A stretch of 64,000 nt of DNA from Eledone cirrhosa. Its lineage: Eukaryota. Under the pieces are notes generated by a model that was not told the DNA's origin, searched no databases, and saw only the letters and a program-made list of their open reading frames with translations. Where the stretch lies: NCBI GenBank assembly GCA_964016885.1, contig OZ024740.1, positions 306,962,001-307,026,000 of the forward strand. Direction: 5' to 3'. This document shows positions 12,708 to 23,633 of the stretch, piece after piece; the first letter of the stretch is position 1, and the number at the start of each line of letters is the position of its first letter. Position numbers and translations under genes: made by a program.

Positions 12708-15700
12708 GGACCAATCATAAGCCAGAGGCCTATACTATCGCTTGCACGGTTGCCTTCGATATATGATGGATGGATGGATGGATGGACGGACTGCGGAATC
12801 CTGGAGAGTGGAAGGGAGAGAAAAATCTGGACGCTCAGAGCGAAAATGCCAAAGTTAAAGTCAAATTCACCTCGTGGACGAGAATGCGAGCACTCTTCTT
12901 TGTTTCGCCCGCGGATGGCTAACATAACCCCGTCTCCCCCCGCCCCCCACCACCCCCACCCTCCAAACGCAATCCAAAAGTTCAGAGTTGGTACCATAAA
13001 TGTAGGCACCCTAAAGGGTCGCGCTAACGAGGTTGTAGAAATGCTTGAACGTAAGGAGGTCGATGTTTGTTGTATTCAAGAGACCAGGTGGAGGGGTGGG
13101 TCTGCTAGATTCATTGAGGGTAAAAAACGATGTTATAAGCTTTTCTGGGTGGGAAACGACGATGGGCTGGGTGGAGTAGGAATCATGGTAGCAGAAAAGT
13201 GGGCAGATAAGATAATAGACGTAAATAGAGTGAACGACAGAATAATTAAAATACGACTTGTCCTCAATAGAACTACGGTGACAGTAATATCTGCGTACGC
13301 ACCCCAATCCGGACTGCCCGGCACTATAAAAGACAGATTCTATGAGACACTGATGCTCACTACCTCCCAAATATCTGACAGTGACTATATAATTATTGCA
13401 GGCGACCTAAATGGTCACGTTGGACAACATTGTGACGGCTACGACGAAATCCATGGAGGCTATGGGTTTGGTACTAGAAATGAGGAAGGCTCCAGAATCC
13501 TGGAATTCTGTGACGCAAATAACCTAACTATCTGTAACACTAACTTCAAAAAACGTGAGAATCACCTGATCACCTATAGATCCGGGGAACACACAAGCCA
13601 GGTAGATTATATCCTTACCAGAAGACGTGACAGAGTGTCTGTTGTAAACACTAAATCCCTCCCCCATGAAGAATGCACCTCCCAACATAGACTGATAATT
13701 AGCGACCTCATAGTCAGGACGAGACGTACTCGACAGCAGAAGAGGACTATCCTCAGGAGAAAAATATGGAAGCTCAAGGACCCCACAGCCAAAAATAAAT
13801 TTCAAAACATATTACTTGATGCTTTCGATAGTAAGGAAGAACATTTAGAGTCGGATAATATAGAGGGACAGTGGGAATTTCTGAAAGCAAACCTGCTGTT
13901 GGCGACAGACGAAGTCTGTGGCTGGAGCAGGCCTGTAGGCAGGAGGAGAGTAACATGGTGGTGGAACAGTAAGGTGGAGGGGTCAATTAAGGCCAAAAAG
14001 CAGGCTTGGAAAGTATGGCGGGATGGGGGAAGTAGAGTAGACTATCAAGTGGCCAGGAGGGAAGCTAGGAGAGAAGTGTACTTAGCAAGAAGGGAAGCTG
14101 AGGAAAGAAAGTTCAAGCATGTTCTACAACGCGATGACCAAAAACGTGAGGTGTTCAGGATTGCTAGGCGATGCGTCAAGGAAAACCGTGATATTGTCGG
14201 GGAGAAGTGTGTACTTAACGATGATGGCATACTTGCCATCACCGACACTGATAAGAAGGTAGCTTGGAAGTGTCACTATGAAAGGCTACTAAATGAGGAG
14301 AATAAATGGGAGAAAGACAGTCTCCCCCATATCGACCCAATAGAGGGACCAGCAGTGTTAGTCGAGGGGAGTATAATAAGTAAGGCAATCAAGGATATGA
14401 AGACGGGTAAGGCGGCTGGGCCTTCGGAAATAGTTGCTGAGATGCTGAAGGCATCTGGCACGGTGGGACACACCATGGTCACTCGCATGGTTAACCAAGT
14501 CGTACAGAATGGGGTTGTTCCGAAGGACTGGCATAGCAGCATCATCGTTAACTGTTATAAGGGTAAAGGAGACGCCCTAGATAGGAGTAACTATAGAGGC
14601 ATTAAATTAATCGACCAGGTCATGAAGGTCACGGAAAAAGTAATAGCGCAACTAATCAGAGAGAGAATTGACCTAGATGAAATGCAGTTCGGGTTTGTGT
14701 CAGGCAAAAGTACCACAGACGCTCTTTTCATAGTACGACAACTACAGGAGAAGTTCCTAGCTAAAGGTAAACCCCTCTACTTAGCTTTTGTCGACTTGGA
14801 GAAAGCCTTCGACAGAGTCCCCCGCTCAATTATCTGGTGGGCTCTTAGAAAACTAGGCGTTGACGAATGGCTTGTGAGGGCTATACAAGCCATGTATAAA
14901 GAAACAGTCAGCAAGGTTAGAATTAACAACGAATATAGTGAAGAGTTTAGCGTAAAAGTTGGCGTCCATCAGGGCTCTGTTCTCAGCCCCCTACTATTTA
15001 TTATTGCCCTTCAGGCTATAACAAAGGAGTTCAAGAGAGGCTGCCCATGGGAACTCCTATACGCAAACGACCTGACACTCATAGCGGAATCAATGGCCGA
15101 GCTAGAGAAGAAATTCCAAACAGACGACCTGACACTCATAGCGGAATCAATGGCCGAGCTAGAGAAGAAATTCCAAACATGGAAGCACGGCCTAGAGTCA
15201 AAAGGACTTAAAATTAACCTGGCTAAGACCAAAGTTCTAGTTTGTAGGAAAGAAAACAAGGCGGCGGTCCCTTCTGGGAAATGGTCGTGCTCGGTGTGTA
15301 GGAAAGGCATAGGTAGAAACTCCATTTTATGTCCTAAATGCAAAGTATGGGTGCATAAAAGATGTAGTGGGATCACAGGTAAGCTAACTAAGAACATAGA
15401 TTTTACATGTGGCCGGTGTTCTGGTGCAATAAGTAGCAGCAAGTGCCCACAAAATACTAGCTCTTTCAATTGCGCAGAGGGTTCTATAGAAATAGTGGAC
15501 AGCTTCCGTTACCTGGGCGATAAAATCAGCAGTGGGGGAGGGTGCTCTGAAAGTACTGTAGCTAGAGTCAGAACTGGTTGGAAAAAGTTCAGAGAGCTTA
15601 TACCACTATTAGCTGCTAAAGGGTTCTCCCTAAAAATGAAAGGCAGGTTCTACGATGCCTGCATACGAACAGCAATGTTGCATGGCAGTGAGACCTGGGC

Positions 15701-16466
15701 ATTGTGTGCAGAGGATATATGCAGACTAGAGAGGAACGAAGCTTGCATGCTCCGCTGGATGTGTAACAGTAATATACGTGAACGGCAAAGCATAAACGAA
15801 CTAAGGAAAAAATTAGAGATAAGAGGGATCAGATGTTGTTTACTCGAGAGAAGGCTACGTTGGTACGGACACGTGATGCGCATGAAAGTCGATAGCTGTA
15901 TAACAAAGTGCAGGGCAATAAAGATAGACGGTAGTCACGGAATAGGCAGACCTAGAAAAACCTGGGACGAGCTGATAAACTCTGACATCACACACTTACA
16001 CCTCTCCAAGACAATGTCGCTGGTCCGAGACCTTTGGCGGTACTCAGTAACAGAGAAGACCCGCCTTACCTAAATATATAGTAAAACCTACTACAGCCAG
16101 TAGGCATCTCTAACAAAATACACCCCGTCCCACCACCCCCACCCCATCCACACCACCCCATTCTATGTAAAGTTATGTTGGTGCCGCGCCATCCAGGCCG
16201 AAACAAATGAGATCGTGTAGGTGTCACGACAAAAAAACACACAGTCCACGCTGTAATGTGGCCGTGTAGGCAACACGGTAAAAACCTCCCAGACCCACAC
16301 TGTAAATGTGGTTGGTGTTAGGAAGGGCATCCAACTGTAGAAAACCTGCCAGACAGTCCTATGCGAGCAAGACAATCACTCTTGCCTCAAGTGGGACTAC
16401 CCCCGTCCAAACCCATGCAAGCGTGGAACACGGACGTTAAACGTTGATGATGATGATGATGATGAT
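12708..16466 (+). mobile_element. near full-length RTE-clade LINE (family 1)
   Basis: Single long ORF, ~390-bp 3' UTR, terminal hairpin, (GAT)n tail. 5' limit set where similarity with the 34713 copy begins (GGACCAATCA). Confidence 0.95.
12846..16073 (+). CDS. RTE ORF: APE-like endonuclease, reverse transcriptase and PHD-like finger; catalytic YADD mutated to YAND
   Basis: EN motifs GTINVGTL, IQETRW, AGDLNGH, VDYIL, SQHRL; RT motifs YRGIKL, QFGF, FVDLEKAFDRV, GVHQGSVLSP; FRYLG; RGRP-type W motif. First ATG 12846 (alternative 12915); the track ORF starts at TTG 12750. Confidence 0.93.
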   Translation: MPKLKSNSPRGRECEHSSLFRPRMANITPSPPAPHHPHPPNAIQKFRVGTINVGTLKGRANEVVEMLERKEVDVCCIQETRWRGGSARFIEGKKRCYKLFWVGNDDGLGGVGIMVAEKWADKIIDVNRVNDRIIKIRLVLNRTTVTVISAYAPQSGLPGTIKDRFYETLMLTTSQISDSDYIIIAGDLNGHVGQHCDGYDEIHGGYGFGTRNEEGSRILEFCDANNLTICNTNFKKRENHLITYRSGEHTSQVDYILTRRRDRVSVVNTKSLPHEECTSQHRLIISDLIVRTRRTRQQKRTILRRKIWKLKDPTAKNKFQNILLDAFDSKEEHLESDNIEGQWEFLKANLLLATDEVCGWSRPVGRRRVTWWWNSKVEGSIKAKKQAWKVWRDGGSRVDYQVARREARREVYLARREAEERKFKHVLQRDDQKREVFRIARRCVKENRDIVGEKCVLNDDGILAITDTDKKVAWKCHYERLLNEENKWEKDSLPHIDPIEGPAVLVEGSIISKAIKDMKTGKAAGPSEIVAEMLKASGTVGHTMVTRMVNQVVQNGVVPKDWHSSIIVNCYKGKGDALDRSNYRGIKLIDQVMKVTEKVIAQLIRERIDLDEMQFGFVSGKSTTDALFIVRQLQEKFLAKGKPLYLAFVDLEKAFDRVPRSIIWWALRKLGVDEWLVRAIQAMYKETVSKVRINNEYSEEFSVKVGVHQGSVLSPLLFIIALQAITKEFKRGCPWELLYANDLTLIAESMAELEKKFQTDDLTLIAESMAELEKKFQTWKHGLESKGLKINLAKTKVLVCRKENKAAVPSGKWSCSVCRKGIGRNSILCPKCKVWVHKRCSGITGKLTKNIDFTCGRCSGAISSSKCPQNTSSFNCAEGSIEIVDSFRYLGDKISSGGGCSESTVARVRTGWKKFRELIPLLAAKGFSLKMKGRFYDACIRTAMLHGSETWALCAEDICRLERNEACMLRWMCNSNIRERQSINELRKKLEIRGIRCCLLERRLRWYGHVMRMKVDSCITKCRAIKIDGSHGIGRPRKTWDELINSDITHLHLSKTMSLVRDLWRYSVTEKTRLT

Positions 16467-16576
16467 ATATATATATAATATATGATATATATAATATATA
16501 TATCATTTCTGATTTTTGCGTTTCGCTTCGCTTTTCCTGCCCGCCGAAAATGCGATTCTCGCTGAATCTTTATTTG

Positions 16577-16624
<48 letters not shown>

Positions 16625-17261
16625 TAAATAGACGGGTAGATATAAAGATATATAGATACACAAACAGGCAGATAGATTGATCTACAGATAGATAGATATC
16701 TTTCTTTATTTGCCACAAGGGCATACAAGAAATGGGTAGATAGATAGATAGATATATAGCTAGATAATTAAATAGATGGATGATGAATAAATGAATTGAT
16801 GCATAAATATGGGGATACAATTTGCCTATTAAAGTTATTCAAGTATGTTTGTTATTGGGGAACAAGGACAGGCACTGAATAAATAAGGAAGACTTTTAAA
16901 AAAATAAGGAAGCAAGTTAACTAGCAATATTTACATAGTTTCCATTTTGAAGCTGAAAATGCACATATTACAGCTACTCTCGGGTCCCAAATAATGGGAG
17001 GGGGTGGGGTGGAAATTAGTGAGGGAGATGGAATAAGCGGGGGAGGGGGGATAAGTGAGGGAATTGGAATGAGTGGGGATGGGTAGGTGTAATAAGCAGG
17101 GAAGTTGGATTAAGCGGTGTGGTGGGGATTAAGCGGGTGGGTGGTTTGTGATGGGAGTTGGGGGCTGAATAAGTGGGGGATTGGAAAAATCTGTAATTTG
17201 TCTAGGTTGTCTCCGTTGAGTGTTGAATATTTTAAAAACCAGAGTAGTCGTTTCAGTAGGT

Positions 17262-17600
17262 ATGTTCAATTCAGAAGTTAGGATTGCCTGCATGGACCCA
17301 TTACCCATTAGACAGACCAACAACATCAGCAATATCGTTGTTTGTCCTCTGATGATTCTCATGCACAAGCTGATTAATTTTCTCCATATTTCTGGGGGTG
17401 ATGCTCATGGCAGGTCTTCCAGATCGTTCGTCATCTTCCAAGGACGTTCTTTTGAAGCACCTGTGTTACTTGAAACATTGCGTACGACCCATAGCCTCGT
17501 CACTATGAGTTTGCCAAAGCATGCTTAATGTCTCTGTAGCAGACTTCCCAAGTTGAACACAAACTTTCACATTGGCTCTTTGTTCCAACATCCTGTTCAT
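17262..17600 (-). pseudogene. mariner transposase N-terminal HTH fossil
   Basis: Manual translation MLEQRANVKVCVQLGKSATETLSML...MGRTQCFK*HRCFKRTSLEDDERSGRP matches the mariner N-terminus; in-frame stop. Confidence 0.85.
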
Positions 17601-17895
17601 GACAAAATTGCAGGCTTCAGCATACACGTGATCACAAAAACACAAATTTCACAACTTGCGAAGTGAACACAGCAATGCCACTCAGCACATTAGGGGTAGA
17701 ACTGAATTTAGACCTTGGGGGCTCAGGCAATTCCAGTTTTGTGTCATCTATATGAAAAAATTGAAATATACAGCAAGTCCCTACATTTGCATATCAAACT
17801 CTGCTTCATGCATGCAACTGGAATTGACAAGTTATACATACATACATACGTACATACATACACACATGCAAACATACATACACACATACATACAT

Positions 17896-18340
17896 AAAAA
17901 CTGTCACCAAATTAAAGCACAACCGGCCTGATATTGTTGTTTGGGACCACACATTGAAAACGTGTTCTGTTGTGGAGATCAGCTGCCCACTTGATGTAAA
18001 CGTTGTCAGAAAAATACAGGAGAAGGAGGACCTATGGACCATTGCTGAGGAGTTTATAAATTCAGTATCCAAGATACACCTTTAGCTTCATACCCATCAT
18101 TATTGGAGCTACGGGTTATATACCAACCCGCTTGGACCAATGTATAACTGAACTTGGATTTGCGGACAAAGAGCGCAGCTCCCTAATTCATAGTCTACAA
18201 ATGGCTGCGATAGCTGGCACCTTCAAAATTTACAAAACATTCTTGCGATTCAAGGGATGACAATTTCTTTTCTTTTACAACCTTGCCACCAGGAAGGTGG
18301 CCGGTCAAAAATATACTCGAAATTAAGAGAAAGAGATAAA
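17896..18340 (+). mobile_element. R4/Dong-like non-LTR retrotransposon 3' fragment (restriction-like endonuclease)
   Basis: Manual translation KHNRPDIVVWD...VVEISCPLDVNV..KIQEKED/YGPL...FIPIIIGATGYIP...AGTFKIYKTFL; stop at 18260; embedded in (CATA)n. Confidence 0.8.
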
Positions 18341-18359
18341 ACATACATACATACATATA

Positions 18360-18731
18360 TAGAGCATTGGCCTTGCAATCGAAAGGTTGTGAGTTCAATT
18401 CTCAGACCGGGTGATGTGTTGTTTCCTTGAGCAAGACACTTTATTTCACATTGCTCTAGTTTACTCAGCTGTAGAAATGAGATGATAGGGACTGGGGTCC
18501 CTATCATTCCACTGCAAAGTGGTCATGGAGGTGCCACGGCAAAAAAAGCACCCAGTCCACACTGTAAAGTGGACATGTAGGCGCCATGGAAAAAAAGCAC
18601 CCAGCACTCACTGTAAATGAGGTTGGTGTTAGGAAGGGCATCCAGCTGTAGAAATCAAGCGAGAATCAGTTTCCGTCCCACCCTTGCAAGCAGGGAAAAG
18701 TGGACGTAAAATGAAATGATGATGATGATGA
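18360..18731 (+). mobile_element. SINE-A, 5'-clipped, two-unit tail variant
   Basis: Matches other SINE-A copies with an extra ~40-bp AAAAAAGCACCCAG...CTGTAAA unit. Confidence 0.88.
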
Positions 18732-19254
18732 TACATACATACATTTATACATACATACATACACACATACATACATAACATACATACATACATACATACA
18801 TCACATACATACATCACATACATACATCACATACATACATGCATACATACATACACACATAACATATTTACATTCATACATACACACATACACACATGCA
18901 TACAATCATAACATACATACATAACATACTCGCATACATACATTCAAAGTTTAAATGTAAAAAACTGCTCTGTTATACATAAATGCATAAATGTAATGTG
19001 GAAATATACATAATATATAAATGTTAAATGGAATTATGCATATTATATACATAATATATAAATGTTAAATGTTATACAGAAATGTTGTGATGAGTTATTG
19101 ACAGGGCTGCAACAGAGCTTTTAGCAAATGTACTAAAAGCTTAGGTGAAAATGTATCAAATCCACTATAGAAAGATTAAAGGCACCTGTCAATGCAAAAC
19201 TTTATCTACACTGTATTGAGTAATTTGTACCTACTTATAGATATATGCATAGAT

Positions 19255-19720
19255 GGTAATGTTGCAGAGTTGTTAGTATGTTGGATATAATGCTTTATGG
19301 TAATTGTTTCAGCTCTCCACTCTCTGAGTTCAAATCCTGTCACGGTCAACTCTATATTTACTATTATATTTTCATGGTAAAGGCTTTATTCACATAATAT
19401 CGAATCTATGATATTTTGATATTATTTGGTGGATTGGCAGTATCGGTAGAGAGTCGGACACCATACTTTGAAGCATAGAGTTACGTCCCTTTATGATCTG
19501 AGTTCAAATCCCACCGAGGTTAACTTTGCCTTTCATCCTTACGGGGTCGATAAAATAAAGTACCAGTAATGTACTGGATAACTGCTGGCCTTGTGCCTAA
19601 AATAGAAACAATTATTTATTTTGAGAACAATACCTTAACATCAATATAAATGGCTGGTTACAGCTGGTTTGAACAGAAAGTCGATAAAACAAGTACCAGT
19701 CTAGTACTGGGGTCGATTCA
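19255..19720 (+). mobile_element. nested cluster: old SINE, MITE interior (19349-19680), young SINE-B (19428-19610)
   Basis: MITE interior matches 46580-46781; SINE-B is flanked by an ATTATTT duplication; old SINE halves lie on each side. Confidence 0.75.
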
Positions 19721-20555
19721 TCCTCTATATCTCTTTCTCACTTCCTTTCTCTCTCTCTTTATCCTTCTCCGGAAGAAATCTGCTGTCTTCAAACCTGGAG
19801 AAAACTGGCCCCCGCCAGGTTTTAAAATGCCTTAGATATACCATATGTCAATATGGCACTGTTATGACCCCTTCAAGTGTTACGGAACCATGCATGCTTG
19901 CATGCACAACTATATTCATCACTACAATATCTACAAAAAGTCTTTCTTTCTACACTTGGAAAAATCTTTAATGAGCTCATCAAACTGAATCATCTTTAAA
20001 ACATTGCTCTCTAGATTGATATGACTGAGAGAAAATGTCTTCCAAAACCAACATGATTTCTTTGTTCCTTAATCTAAATGCTTGCACATTTTGTACATTT
20101 TGATATTCATACCTATCACCAGTTCAAGCAAACTTGTGTCATTTGAAAATCAAAACTTGACTTGCTTAGTGTTGATGTCTTACTTGCCTGTATATTCTAT
20201 TTCATACAAAAAACTAATTAAGATAAATAAAACAAAACATATTTTCCATTAATTGAGTTAGTGTTAACATATTTAACACACAGAATATTGAAAAGATAAC
20301 CAGAATAGTTAATGATTAATATAACTATCTTTTTATGCCATGTACATACATGAGGTACCTTCAGGCATCAAAACATTGAATTGTATCCTTTCTGCTAAAT
20401 TCCAGTGTATATTTATTACTAGCTAGTCTTTAATACTCCTTGCATTAAATAATTTAACACTAGTGTCTAAACAATTCTATTTTCCTATACTAATAAATAT
20501 ACATTTACTTAATAATTCTTTTATCTCTACTTCAGAAAATATTGTAAAGGCTATG

Positions 20556-20597
20556 CTTTGCTGATGAAGTCAGAATAGCATCCAAACATGTCCAAAG
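20556..20597 (+). ncRNA. decayed hammerhead motif
   Basis: CTTTG-CTGATGA-N15-CAAA(for GAAA)-CATG(palindrome)-TC-CAAAG; stem II no longer pairs. Confidence 0.45.
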
Positions 20598-22396
20598 TCA
20601 TCTCTTGTAATTACTGGAAGATAATCTTTATTAGTCATTGAGTTATATCAATTTTTTCTCACAGATTTATTTATTTCTAGTCACTTTTTTACATCCCTGC
20701 ATTTTTTAAAGGACCTTTTTCTGTTAAGGACTTTATTATCAGCAAAAATGCTGTAGATAGGCTATTCAACTAACAAAAAAAATAAAAATAAAAAAAAATA
20801 AAAGCTTTGACAATACTTTCTAATCTCAGACTCTTGAGACCAAACATTATACATGATCCTGAATGACAATAAATGAATAAAAAAAAGTCTCACACTTAAT
20901 CTCAACAATTAAAAAAAAAATAAAATAAATATTTTAGAAACAAAAGGTCTTTATTTAAGTGAATAATGGAAGTTAATTTTATGTACAGCACACCTCTAAT
21001 CAGAGGTGGCAAATTTGTAGAGTGGTTAAAATAGAATACTTATCTGTTTTGGTTATCTGCATTCTAAGTTCAAATACTGCTGAGGTTAACATTGCCTTTC
21101 ATATTTATGAGATCAATAAAGTATTAATCCAAGATAGTAGGTTGCTAGCATTGTTAGCGTCAGATAAGGTGTATTATGGTTTCTTTCCAGCCCATTGCAT
21201 TTTCATTTTATATTTTGCCTGGGGATTAAAATCCTCAAAATCTCCCAATGTCTAAGTCTCATTCACTGAAATATTGTATCAAAGTGAACCATGGCCGATC
21301 ATGGCATTGAGATCTCTCTGCAATCAGACAGATTATTAATCCTCTAAAAGCAGTTGTGTCGTGGATATGAGGACTTTGAAGATCAGGCATTATGGATATA
21401 GAGCTCATCCTGCTCACTGTAATTGCACTGTGGGGATATATCTTATGATAGTCCACAGTAATCTAATTCACTACCATATAGACTCAGTGTTTCAGAAACC
21501 TTGAAACATCCCCAACAACAAGGAAATGTAGATGACAATTTGTAATGTTCTTCTGAACGAATTGTAAGCAGTTTATAATGTTATTTAAGCATTTGTAATA
21601 TTATTTATGTATACATTTAAAACATATTTGTAATGTTATTTATACAACTGTGACTAAAATATACTTTCCATTGGGGAGTTAAGTTGATCTTATATATCTA
21701 AGGATGTGTTCTATTGTTTTTCTCACTTCCCGACCAAGTTAGTTCTCATTGGGAATCTTTATTTCTTTAGTCTCTTCCAAAGAGGTAGGTAACAGAAATA
21801 TATATTGTTATATAACAGTTTTGAGCACTGCAAAATGAAACTGTTAACTTTCTTCTTTTTTAAATTTAATTTACTTATCAATTTATATCTGTTGCACTTC
21901 GTAACTGATTGTATTACACAGACAATGTTCATTTTTCTGCTTGGGGAGGTTTTATTGTTCAAATTCAGCTGCCTATACACCAGACCATGATTACAATTCT
22001 TAGTAAAGTTCCTTGAAGGTTAATGAAGGTATTTGAAGGTATTTAGCCTGTCAAATATATTAAAAATATTTAATAGTGTAGAAAAAAATGAAGATAAGAA
22101 TCTTGAATTGCCAACTGGTAAAACTCTTTCTTACACTTACGCAAAGCTCTTTAAGATGAATAATTTATACATAAAACATGAAATGTATCCAAAATACTTC
22201 CACACTATATGTGTAGTACTTACTATTCTTGTCATATTTATTCCAATTTAAAGATTACAACTGAAAGAAAATGCATTACTCTACTTTATTCTCTTCTTGT
22301 TATTCTGAAATTAATGTCACAATTCTTAACACAAAAATGGAAATGTATTATAGGAAAATGAAATAAAAAGTATGAAAACTACCTTTTAATCTTAAA

Positions 22397-22616
22397 CCCT
22401 TTAGCATTTAAACCAGCTGTATCAGCCAGAATTCTCTCACCTCTTTCTGTTCAAACCAGCTGTAACCAGCCATTTATACTGATGTTAAGGTATTGTTCTC
22501 AAAATAAATAAAATCAAAATCTCATAGATTCGATATTATGTGAGATAATTATGTGAGATAAAGCCTTTACCATGAAAATATAATAGTAAATATAGAGTAA
22601 TGTAAATGCTAAAGGG
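22397..22616. mobile_element. piggyBac-type MITE
   Basis: 14-bp TIR CCCTTTAGCATTTA/TAAATGCTAAAGGG; degenerate TTAA flanks; inverted homolog of 46580-46781. Confidence 0.8.
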
Positions 22617-22719
22617 TTGAATGAACCAACAACATTTTCAATTTCTGCCTCCCATATCATCAACTTATTTATGACAAATATCTATTCCATTTTTTGAACA
22701 GTTTGAAATGTCTTAAAAG

Positions 22720-23490
22720 ACAGAACAAGACATGCATGAAAATATGGAGATGGAGCATGTAGAAGCTAAAGGAACTCTCAGTTAAATATAGCTTTAGAAA
22801 GGCCCTACGAGATGTACTTAATGAGAGGGATGATGAGCTAGATACATATAATGTAGAGGACAACTGGGAATTCTTACACAACAACATTTTGTCAACTACT
22901 GACAAGACTTGCGTCTGGAGTAAAGCGCCAGCCAGACAGAGAGTGATGTGGTGGTGGAACAGCACAGTAAATGCAGCCATGAAAGCCAAGAGACAGGCAT
23001 GGAAAGACTAGAAAAATGAGGGTAGCAGAGACCGGTACCAAGTAGCTAAGAAAGAAGCTAAGCAACAGGTATACTCAGCTCAGAGAGAGACTGAAGAAAG
23101 TAAATTTGCCAATGTCTTGAGGGGTGAGGATCAGAGGCGTGAAGTGTTCCATATTGCAAGGCAGTGTGTTAGTGTGAATTGAGATGTTGTTGGGGAAAAA
23201 TGTGTTTGTTGAAATGACGTTGGTACACTCAGCATCACTGATGCCCCAAAGAAAGAAGAGTGGAAATGTTATTATGAGAAATTGATGAATGTAGAGAATG
23301 AATGGGAGGAAGAGTGTGAGTGGAGTGCAATGCTGCATGGTATGGAAACATGTGCTGTGACTGCAGAGGACATGAAGAGAAATGAAGCAACCATACATCA
23401 TTGGATGTGCAATGTAAGTGTGAGGGAGAAGCTGGATTTAAGAGAAATCAAAGGTGGTGTGCAGGACAGAAGACTGCATTGGTATGGAGG
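22720..23490 (+). mobile_element. old, internally deleted RTE fragment
   Basis: Degenerate WWWNS..V..A.KAK.QAWK and EKLMNVENEWE segments fused directly to AMLHGMETC...RRLHWYG. Confidence 0.75.
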
Positions 23491-23499
23491 TGGTCTGGC

Positions 23500-23568
<69 letters not shown>

Positions 23569-23593
23569 GTGTGTGTGTGTGTGTGTGTGTATA

Positions 23594-23630
<37 letters not shown>

Positions 23631-23633
23631 ATA

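Noticed and set aside
16995-17185. G-rich degenerate GGGGAATAAGYG repeat
   Set aside because: Irregular simple repeat; G4 potential only, with no further support.
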